Shown one piece after another: positions 53,790 through 64,000 of a stretch of DNA of 64,000 nt (its first letter is position 1; each line of letters starts with the position of its first letter). The stretch covers positions 67,208,001-67,272,000 of the forward strand of contig OZ024744.1 in NCBI GenBank assembly GCA_964016885.1, written 5' to 3'. The notes beneath the pieces are model-generated. The model was not told where the DNA came from and made no database searches. It was given only the letters and a program-made list of their open reading frames with translations. Source of the stretch: Eledone cirrhosa. Its lineage: Eukaryota. The translations under genes and the position numbers were made by a program.

Positions 53790-53879
53790 TATTCAGTTCA
53801 AGTTGTGTATAAGTCATTTCTATAGAAATGAATTAAATTTTTTTTTCATTTCTTTTCTTTTTCTTTCTTCAAATCTACA

Positions 53880-54220
53880 GTATCAGAACTACGGAACTTT
53901 GTTGAGAAAACCCCGACAATATCGAGGTAGAGCCGCTACTTCTCCGAATTGAGAGATCACAGATCCGATACTATCGATATGTGGTTAGAATTTCTCAGGA
54001 AAGAATCGCTGGACAGATTTTACGGGCAAAACCAACCGGCAGGAGATCCAGAGGGTAGGTCCTGAGCAAGATGGTTGGATAACATCCACAAGCTTGGCTA
54101 TTCTCGCTTGGGGATCCCACTGGATCAGTTGGAATCTGTTGCCGCTGGAAGGAGTGTTTGAGGACTCTGACCCTCTCAGGAATACGTGGGCGAAGAACAA
54201 TATGTATGTACGTATATATA
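53880..54220 (+). mobile_element. 3' fragment of a second RTE-type LINE
   Basis: Translates …VEPLLLRIERSQIRYYRYVVRISQERIAGQILRAKPTGRRSRG…RWLDNI, the RTE C-terminal signature; (TATG)n tail. Confidence 0.7.
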
Positions 54221-54221
54221 T

Positions 54222-54500
54222 GTAACCCAGTACAACCTATCTCAAGCTTGCTTTGTGAGGTTGCTAGTATGTGTGTATTATATCGGAAGCATCCGATGAT
54301 GTTGACCAGTTCTCCTTTTCGGGTAGTGATTTCGATGCTCAGAGAGTAGGATTAGTCAAGTGCAAGGCCTTTCCCCACTTGAAAATCTTCAAAGCACAGG
54401 CATTGCTTGTTCAGGATATGTTACAGGTCCGTGTCGCTGACCGTAGCCTAAAAGTAAGCTAAACTCTATAATCTGACAAGCGATTGCAATACTCTTGGCA
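54222..54500 (+). mobile_element. Diverged copy of the putative RTE 5' UTR family
   Basis: Shares cccagtacaacct, atccgatgatgttgac and gcacaggcattgct with the reverse complement of 47040-47415. Confidence 0.55.
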
Positions 54501-54528
54501 GAGTTTGCAGCCATCATATATATATAAT

Positions 54529-55495
54529 ATAGGAACAAGTAAGACCCCGACGGCTGAGCTCAAGCCGTTTCGACGGCTAATTCTCTCAGAATTACCCACT
54601 CTACTACCCTAAGTATTGAGTACTTTGGTGCGTTATGGTCCACCTGGTTCCTTACCACATTTCCTTCGTTATATATAATATATATATATATGCACTCGAA
54701 CTTAAGTTCTGTTATCGCTGTGGTCTTAGATTTTCTTACCGCAAGGTTGCTCACACATTCTTCGGTTTTTCTGGGGGTAGATATATTGTCTTTAAAGCGT
54801 TGAAATATCCGAGACCCCCAGTAGACAACTGATGAGGACCCCCCCCCCCACTCTCTTGCTTTCTTCTTATTCTCATTCAATTTTTAAGCCTAACTTAACT
54901 AGCAACTACACAGCCAATCCTATTCTCCATATATTTTATCATGTTTCGCTGTGACCAGTCTTCTCTCTCCTTCTACCTACCTATTTCGTTACTATCTACT
55001 ATTCCCCCTCTTTCTTCCTCCCCCTTCTCCCTCTCACTTCCACTCACCCTCTCTCTGACAGCCACCTCATTGTTTCCCTCGCCTGACCCTCTAGCAGTCC
55101 TTTCCTCACTTACACTTGCCGGGATCAGTCGTGTCTTTTCGTTCGCCCACACGCTCTCGAACTTAAGTTCTCTTACCGCTGTGGTCTTGGATTTTCTTAC
55201 CTTAAACTGCTCGCACATTGCTCGGTTTGCTTTTTTTTGTTGCTGTTTTCTCTTTTCTTACCTTTTTCCCTTTTCTCTTCTATTTTCCTTCCCTCCCTCC
55301 TCCGTTTTCCCAATAACTTCGCCAGTTATTGAACGCTCTGAGGGTAGATATATTGTCTTTAAAGAGTTGAAATATCCGAGACCCCCAGTAGACAACTGAT
55401 GAGGACCCCCCCCCCCGTTCTTGCTATCTTCTTATTCTTATTCCATTTTAAGCCTGTATATGCGTCATGGTCCACCTGGTATCTTACCACTCCTG
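54529..55495 (+). mobile_element. Partial-tandem non-coding repeat, Penelope pLTR-like
   Basis: 54695-54890 recurs at 55157-55455 (first copy internally deleted by ~100 bp); each copy carries CTGATGA and GAAA motifs; 54529-54670 is homologous to 60665-60860 in reverse. Confidence 0.6.
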
Positions 55496-55570
55496 CTATT
55501 TCAAGCGTTAATCTAATATATTTCTTCCATATACTGTACCTATTGTGTTGTTATTTCTGTTTACCTTTTA

Positions 55571-55806
<236 letters not shown>

Positions 55807-56108
55807 GGTTACAAGATCCGGTGGTGGAGAGAGTGATGTAAGTGGGTGTACGTTGAGATGTGTAGCGTGTAGAAGAATGTAGGAAAGAGCGTAAAGGATA
55901 AAAATAAAAATAACACGAGATAGAGTTACCTTGGGAGAGATTTAATTGTCCCTATATATTTCGGATTCACATCCATCAACATGGGAGGAGGTATCTGTCG
56001 GAAAGGTGCGAAACGTGTCCTCCGCTGTTCGTTGTTTTGAATATCTGATACACTCACATATATATAAATATGTACACTTGAACCATTTCGTTTGTATGAA
56101 ATCATCAT

Positions 56109-56262
<154 letters not shown>

Positions 56263-56364
56263 GATGAATACGTACATAAATACATGATGATGGCTGCCCC
56301 CTCGTCATCGAGTATGGTCATTGCACAATATATCATTAATAATAATTATTAATTAATTCTATCG

Positions 56365-56862
56365 TGCAATGCCTGTGCGAGAAGATATTTTTTAAAGTGA
56401 GGAAAGTCTGTGCACTGAACCAATCCCACTCTCTGAGCGACAGTAGCTATAACCCGAAAAGAAGAAAATATCAACATCATCGGTAACTACTAAGGCGCCG
56501 GTTTTATATCGGAGTTATCCCAGTTTCCTGAGTTGCCTTCTCCTAGAAGAATACCCTAGCATAGGCTAGGGGTCCTTCACTCCCAGTGGTTTAACAACGC
56601 GATCGGGTATCCAGCCCGATTATTTCTATGTCCCCTCGTATATACATACATGTATATACACACACACATACACATATATATATATATACATTTGTACACT
56701 CGCATACATGTATATACATATTTACACATTTCTGGATGGTCGGTTACTCTTATCAGGTTTTGTTTTTTGTCCTGCAGGGTGTCCAAAATCACCCCCCTCA
56801 CCAAGTAAACTTGGTGGGGTTGCAGGGATACATGTTACCAGTAGCACCAACTGGTGACCTGA
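56365..56862 (-). mobile_element. Third copy of the putative RTE 5' UTR family
   Basis: Colinear with 47048-47441 (gcaatgcctgtgc, tcaacatcat, ccttctcctagaa, caggttttgttttt, gggatacatgttaccagtagcaccaactggtgacct); microsatellite inserted at 56640-56725. Confidence 0.6.
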
Positions 56863-56940
56863 CACAATACATACATACATACATACATACATACATACAT
56901 ACATACATACATACATACATACATACATACATACATACAT

Positions 56941-57963
56941 AAATCATGCATGGATATGTTGCCAGGAAGCTCCAGAGTGAGAGTAATATAGGTAAGGAAA
57001 GTAGTCTATCTTGGACCAACAACCGCTATATTGGCTCCCACTTTGAAGGATACGCTTTTGCAATCCAAGAACAGGAGATTAGCACGAAATACCTGATTCA
57101 CAAAAGAGATAGGGATGCAGGCAAAACACCTAGATGTGATAACAAGTGCAGACTCTTCAGAACTAACATCGAGGATATCACCCATGTCACCAGCAGCTGG
57201 CCAAAGATGTCATCGCGGTACTATCTACATGAGGCATGATGTAGTGACCAAAACACTGTACAATGCAGTTCGTTAAAAACATAGCCTCGATAATAAACAT
57301 ATTAAAAGCTACAACAATGTGGAAGACATCCATGTACATAATATTAAAGAGTACTGGTGGAATGTTCCAGTAAAAACCCCAATAAAATGCAGGCATAACA
57401 GACCAATTATTATGATATGGGACAGGGAGAAGAAATCATGCACAGTAGTGGAAATTAGCTGCCCAGCAGATGCCAATATAATATCAAAGATTAGCGAAAA
57501 GGAGAATATTTATGCATAACTGATGAGAAATCTGCAGATACTCCACCCTGATTACACCTTCAGATGTATGCCCGTGATTGTTGGGGCACTGGGATATGTT
57601 AGTAACTGCCTCAATACAAATCTTGAGAAGCTAGGCTTCACAGGAACAGAAAGAACACAACTAGTTAGGAAATTACAAGTACAATCCATTAATGGAACAG
57701 TAAAAATATGTAAAACATTCCAAAAATTTTGCATCTAATAACTGCATATACACATGCACAGATACAAAGCATATACACATGCACACATACAACTCAAAAC
57801 ATACACATCCACACATACAATAACATCCATATCTACACATGCATGCATACATACATATCTACCTAGTTGATGTGTAAATTCCAATGAGAGTCTTGTGTCT
57901 ATGTTAGAAACCGACTCTCTCTCTCTATTGGTAGAACTTTGTGAAATTAAAAAACCAGAAGAA
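56941..57963 (+). mobile_element. 5'-truncated R4/Dong-type LINE (zinc knuckle + restriction-like endonuclease), decayed
   Basis: MHG…AIQEQEISTK, CRL…EDITH…RHD (degenerate CCHC), WWNVPVKT…HNRP…VVEISCP…K…EK…Y (PD-(D/E)xK), PVIVGALG; stop at 57738; (CATA)n on both flanks. Confidence 0.85.
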
Positions 57964-58204
57964 CATACATACATATATCGTCACACAAAATTCTGTGTTT
58001 TGTAGCTTAATTGCTATAAATTAATGTTTTGTCTTTTGTCTCTTACTTTGGCTTGTGTCAGACGCTGTAACCCCAGGTGGGTCAGCAGTACCGTTGGTAA
58101 GGTTCGAAACTGCCCAAGTCTATCTCAACGGCCGATGACCCTGGAGTCCTGTGTCCGTTTGTATTTTGTTTTTAATAATTTTTTAGGGTTTCCCCTTTAA
58201 AAAA

Positions 58205-60010
58205 TTGTTTTCCATTCGTTCTCTTGCCCTGCTTTGGGATGTTTAATTGGGCAAGGTCAGCTTTTATCACTTTGTCCCAATCTTTCCTAGCTCTTCCTCT
58301 TCCACTGTTTCCGTCAACTTTGAGTGACCTGCACCTTTTTATACAGCTGTTATTCTCCGTGCACATCACATGTTCGTACCACTGCAATTCCCTCTCCTGC
58401 AACACCTCATCTGGTCTCTTTTATGTCTAGTTTCTCTCTCAGTTCATTGACACTTCCCCGTACATGCACACTACTATTACACATCCGTCAAGGCATGCCA
58501 GCCTCATTTCTAGCTATTCTTCATAGGTCCTCTGCACACACTGTCCAAGTCTCACTTCCATGTAACATTGTTATCTGTACACAAGCATCATACCATGTCA
58601 TTCATTTTGAGAGAAAATCATTTTGTAGTTAGCAATAGTAGCCTCTCCCTGACATTTTCCATCTCGTTCTCATTCTGGCTACTGTACTTTCAGAACACCC
58701 ACGTCCACTGCTAGTTTGGTCCCTCACCTAACAAAAGCTATCAACTACTCTATAAAGCTTGTTTCCTATGAGCTATTGCTTAATGTTTATGTGCATCAAC
58801 CACGTGTAAAACCTACGTTTTTTGCTAGCCTACCTGAGATCCCGCTACATCCTTTGTGTAACCATAGTTTACATTTGGAACATAAGGTGGAATTTCTACA
58901 CTGTCCTTTCCTGCAACCGAACAAAGCCATTTTCCTCGAAGAATCTAAGCCTTGTTTTTCTTTTCATTTACTAGGACATTAGTCTTTGCCAAGATGACTT
59001 TAAGACATTTTGCTTCCAATTTTTTCTCTTATTCTGCCATAGATTTGGCTTTGAGGGTTAGACCATTGGCATAAAGGAGTTCCCATTGGCAGCCAGTCTT
59101 AGATTCTTCCGTTATAGCATGCAGGACGATAATAAACAGGAAGGGGCTAATAATTCCTACTTGCACGCAAAATTCCTCTTTTTTTTCATGCCTGTCTCTT
59201 GGTCTTAATTGTCCCACCCACCCTAGTATTCCAGTTACTTTCCAAATTACTTGCCTTCTCTCCGGAGCCTGCTCCAGTCACAGATCCCGTTTGTCGCCTT
59301 TAGCAAGTTATCTTTCAGGCACTCACACTGCTCCAATATATCATATGTCTTTGTTCTTCCTTACTGTTTGTCAAAAGCGTCAATCAAAATACTCCTAAAT
59401 TTGTTACTGGTAGAGAGCTCCTTCAATTTCCATATCCTTCTCCTCCAGTTTGCCCTCTAGCTCCGAGTTCATCTAGCTCTAACTGTGAAGTCGTTAACTG
59501 CTTGGTTACGTGGGATGGATTTTGTGATTACAACACTCACTCTATCTCATCGTCTGATCAGGACAAAATCTATTTGACTTCTGTTTTCACATGATCTACA
59601 GATGATCAAGTGGTTGTCGGGTTTTTCTTAATGTTGGTGTTACAGATAGAGAAAGCATAGGCGCCACAGAATTCCAGGAGTCTGAAAACTTCTTCATTTC
59701 TCGCCCCAAACTCTAAACTTCCGTGGACCCTATAGAAGCCATCACAGTATTGCCAAACATGCTCATTAAAGACGCCAGCAATGATTATGTAGCCTAGAGA
59801 AGTGGTGTGATTCATAAAACCCGTCATACAAATTTATCTGACAGTCCAGATTAGGGTGCATATGCAGTTGTTCTATTTAGGACTACTCTCAATTTAATGA
59901 TTCTGTCATTCACTCTATTTACAGCAGTTAACTTATCTACGCATTTTGTTTTTGCTGACATAATACCTAATCCACCCAGCCCATTGTTAAAGCCCACCCA
60001 GAAAAATTTG
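58205..60010 (-). mobile_element. Old degraded relative of the RTE element at 5434-9122
   Basis: Colinear homology: YKFFWVG, VNDRIIKLR, RNEEVFRLLEFC, LFIIVLHAITEESKTGCQWELLYAN, CIKRCRSLKVDGN; many stops; ~0.9-kb internal deletion near 59180. Confidence 0.9.
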
Positions 60011-60089
60011 TACGTAATATATATGTAAAAGGTAAACAGAAATAACAACACATATATATTTATACACACACACACACACACACAAACAC

Positions 60090-60127
<38 letters not shown>

Positions 60128-60256
60128 GGGGGGTTAGAGAAGGAGAAAGAAAGAGAAAGAGAGAGAGAATATGACGTCATAATTCCATTGAATAATACAG
60201 AATTACGTTTTCATCTAGAATATACAACACATACAATAATCATGATACGTTTATAC

Positions 60257-60296
<40 letters not shown>

Positions 60297-60300
60297 GCGC

Positions 60301-60370
<70 letters not shown>

Positions 60371-60414
60371 GCACACACACACATGTATGCACTTGTCTCA
60401 GCTTAAGTGTTCTT

Positions 60415-60562
60415 TCTTCCGTCTTTTACTTTCTGAGTTCAAATCCTGCCAAGGTCAATTTGCTTTTCTTCTTTCTGGGTCTTTAAAATAAAGTACCAGT
60501 TAAATACTGGAGTCAATGTAAATTAGTTTTCCTCTTCCCTTAAATTGTTGGACTTGTGCCAT
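60415..60562 (+). mobile_element. 5'-truncated SINE, same family as 48222-48432
   Basis: GAGTTCAAATCC B box, then ggtcaatttgc…aaagtaccagt…actggagtcaatg. Confidence 0.7.
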
Positions 60563-60661
60563 TGAACTATTATGAATATATATATATGTATGTATATACA
60601 TATATACACACATATGTATATATATACAGTATATGCATATGTATGCTTTTATGTGATATAT

Positions 60662-60862
60662 AACAACAAAGAAGGTGTGGTAAGATACCAGGTGGACCAT
60701 AACGCACCAGAGTACTCAATACTTAGGGTAGTAGAGTGGGTAATAGGAACAGAGTCAGGACCGCGACGGCTGAGCTCCGGCCGTTTCGACAGCTAGATCC
60801 GAACAGTTCGGATCTAGCTGTCGAAACGGCCGGAGCTCAGCCGTCGGGGTCCTGACTCTTTT
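60662..60862 (-). mobile_element. Fragment of the 54529-54670 repeat with a 54-bp-arm hairpin
   Basis: gtggtaagataccaggtggaccataacgcacc…gagtgggtaat is the reverse complement of 54590-54660; hairpin at 60751-60859. Confidence 0.8.
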
Positions 60863-60877
60863 TTTCCTTATATATAT

Positions 60878-63800
60878 ATTTGATAACTTTGATAGGTTTC
60901 GGCCAGTATTGGCCCAAGCCATATCTAACTTAATAGCACCACCTGGCGAAGTCTTTCAAATCAGAATTTGAACACCATGGCCCACTCAAAAAGGGAGTTA
61001 TTATTTGCGGAGACATATCCGGGTGTAGGAGGTTTATCCGGGTTTTCTTGAACTTGATGGGGTCTGTTTCTGTTTTGATGTGTTTTGGTGTAATGTTAAA
61101 GAGAGTGGGGCAATTGAGGTGAAATAATTGTGCCGTATTGTTGTTATGAGATGCGAGTGTGATTTTTGTTGTGAGCAGATAGCACGGGGTTCAAGTATTG
61201 GGTGTACCTTAAAGGTGATGCCAACATCATTTGGGCAACGCCGATGGAATATTTTCCACATCATACAGATAAGGTAGCGTTCACGGCGGCGTTGGATAGA
61301 ATAAAGTTTGAGTTTTCTAGTCGACCCAATAGTCACAGCCTGACATGTCAACTATCTTTTTCGTGATTGACCTTTGAGGTGCTTCAACTTTCATGATACT
61401 TTGTTTCGTGTGGGGAGACCACAGTGGACAACAGTATTAAAGGTGGGGTTGGGAGAAAGGTGAGAAGACAAGGATAACAGTGTGGATATCTCTCGACTGG
61501 AAGGTTCTGAGTATCCAGGAACACATTCTGCAGGCCATGTCAACTTTGCTGTTTATATGAGTGGCCCAGCTTATGTTGTTGTCTACAATTGCCCCCAAGT
61601 CTCTGATGCCACGAGAGTTTTACCTGAAGGAAGGGAGTATGGGAATTTCAGGATATCCTCTTTTCGAAAGTGGATGAACTCAAATTTATCCTCGTTCAGC
61701 AGCATATTGTTCTTTTCCCCTAATTAGATAACAGCCAGTAGATCGGATTGGAGGCATATCCGGTTACCCACGCTATTGATGATCTTCTGGAGCTTGGAAT
61801 CATCTGCGAAGATTTTTATGCTCTTTTGTTGGATGATGACAGTAATGTCATTAATATAATGAAAAGAAGTAATCCCAACAAAGTGCCTTGTGGGGCACCA
61901 CTACTGACTTTGGCTGGGCTTGATTTTATTCCTTCGACTACAACATGTGCTCTGTTTGACAAGAAACACTTGATCCACTGCAGCAACTTTTGCAGTGACA
62001 CTGATGTTGGATAGCTTTCTCAGTAAAATGTTGTGATCAAAGGCCTTGCTGAAATCAAGGTAGATGACATCAGTGTTGGAGCCTCTCCCAAAGCTCTCAA
62101 AATGTCATAAAAGTTATGTAGTAGCTGTGTTAGGCAATCCCTTCCATTACGGAACCCATGTTGGTTGGAGTTCAGGAGATTGTTGCTTTCGAGAAAGTGA
62201 GTTATTCGTGATCTCAACACCTTCTCAAATACCTTAATGATATGAGAGGTGAGTGAGATTGGACGGTAATTCACGGCAAGGGATTTGTTTCCCTTTTTGA
62301 AAACTGGGACAACAGACTGGGATAGTAAGTTTTCTAGTATATATCCAGCACCCAGTGAGTTCCTTCACAGATTAGCAAGAGGAGATGCACGTTGGTATCG
62401 ACACACCTTCAGGACACAAAAAAGGAACCTATCGGGACCTACTGCTGAATTGTGTTTAGTTTCTTTTATTGTCGTTAAGACATCAGGGCGCCAAAGGTTA
62501 TGTCCGATATAGTATGTTAAAGATTAACATCACTGATACAGCCCAGATCAACCATATCAGGATTGCTGAAAACAAAGCATATTGTTTCCGCAGTATCTCG
62601 CCCATGTTTTTAGCATTATCTTGGAGAGTGCCATTTTCATCAATTAGAGGGCCAACAGTAGAGCCAGTGATTTTGTGTTTTTTCGCAAATGAAAATAATA
62701 CTTTGGTATTGAGTTTGATTTTCTCAATGGCCCGGGCCTTTTCAGCGGCTCTTTGATTGTTGACATCATGCTGTTTTGGAGGTTGTGCTTTTTCAATTCT
62801 GGTGATGTTATTCAAGTCTGGGTGTGTTGCTGCTGGCAGTTTTTCAGTTTGTTGATTTTTTTGTTTATTCTTTTAATTTTTCTTATAAGTGTCCTTTTAT
62901 TTCTAGGGATTCTGTTCTTAGATTTGTTTACAGATCTTAATAGGGTATGTTTTACACATATATTTGTTACAGTGTCTACAAATGTCTGCCAGGACTTTTT
63001 GATGTTAGTGGGTGTGTGAGTGTGAGTGAAAGACTAATCGACATGTTCAAGATCATGATTGATCGCTTCCCAGTTTGTATTATGAACATCCATGGTGTCA
63101 AATGAATGAACAGGAGAGATGTCATTGGGTTTGCGTTTTGGAATCTCAGATCACAGAGAACCATGTCTTGGTCTGAGAGTAGAGGTTTTTCCACTGCAAT
63201 ATTGTGGATAGTGTCAGTGTGGTTTGAAGTTCCCCATCATTAAGATGTTGCCAGGGTTCGATGAAACACTTTATGCTGTTGAGGCATACCTTGAAGCATA
63301 GTAGAGGCTTTTGAGGTGGCCTTTTGAGCCCAACTACTATTAAGTTGTTGGTTTACTGTACACAGTGACGGCTTCACGGTATCCATTGGAAAATATGTTC
63401 TTAGCATCTGTCGAAAAAGAATCATGTACAAAAATGGCAGTCCCACCCTTCTTCTGCCAGCACGATCTGCACGGATAGCTTTAAAATTCTTCACTTACAC
63501 CTCGGCTTCCGAGTGGAGGGGATTGAGATGAGTTTCGGTTAGGATGGTCATAAGCCCAATCCTCAAGAATTTGATCTTCCATTTTTTAGTATTGGTGGAA
63601 GGGCTGATGCCTTGAGCATTAAGCACAAATGTTGAGGCTGGAGTGGTGGTTGATTTTAGTTGACGTTGGGGGTTGTTTGCGAATGACAGCAATGGGAGTG
63701 TGTGCAATGGGGTGGTAGTGGAGGGTGGTGTTGGGTGATGGCTAGAAAGTTTTTTGTAGTTATTTTGCTAGATTCATAGTGGTTAAAAAGGAGGAGGAGG

Positions 63801-64000
63801 TTTCTTGTTTAGGGAACTGTAAGTGACTGTAATTGTGGGTATTGAATTGTTTAGGATTTTTATTGTTATTTTTATTTGTGCGTCGGGTCCCCGGAAGATG
63901 GGTAAAAGGATAATCCCGTTGTAGACATAATCTGTCTCGCTGGGAATAGCGGCAGATTTTGGGATTCCGTGTTTTAGCATTTGGTGAAGTTATTGGTGGT
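60878..64000 (-). mobile_element. Decayed CR1/Jockey-group LINE (end of ORF1, APE, RT)
   Basis: NAQGI, ILTETHL, RADRAGR, NYRPISLTSHIIKVFEK, QHGFRNGRDCLTQLL, SSGAPQGTLLGLLLF, FADD, LYSIQRRRERY; Cys/His-rich PKICRYS…C…F-H-PGT near 63890-63965; multiple frameshifts and deletions. Confidence 0.88.

Noticed and set aside
55945-56030. Further hammerhead-like pieces (plus GAAACGUGUC; minus UUGAUG-GAU…AUCC-GAAAUAUAUA)
   Set aside because: No intact CUGANGA and stem I is not in register; too degenerate to call
58100-58145. GAAAC…GUC…CCGAUGA as a type II hammerhead
   Set aside because: Stems I and II do not pair and the core is mutated

Overview
Eukaryotic, gene-free, repeat-dominated window; the repeat families and the (CA)/(TA)/(CATA) microsatellite load resemble an octopus/cephalopod genome (inference). 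Bases 1-34306 are an AT-rich 84-bp satellite with nested multi-kb higher-order duplications. It is interrupted at 5434-9122 by an apparently intact RTE-clade LINE (1039-aa APE-RT ORF) with a PHD-type zinc finger inside the RT. A 5.5-kb ACC/ACT/ATC repeat follows. The rest is a patchwork of decayed elements: Tx1/L1, CR1-like, R4/Dong and RTE LINEs, two hAT transposase relics, a MITE and tRNA-SINEs. The most interesting signal is non-coding: a cluster of hammerhead-ribozyme motifs read by eye. Two identical minus-strand type I hammerheads lie 539 nt apart in a near-identical partial tandem repeat (retrozyme or Penelope pLTR-like). A third hammerhead of the same variant architecture lies on the plus strand at 45215-45327. 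A duplicated motif at 54.8/55.4 kb has all three hammerhead strands in a non-circularly permuted order. Four long fold-back palindromes also occur, mostly at retroelement ends. All structures were paired manually and none is computationally or experimentally verified.
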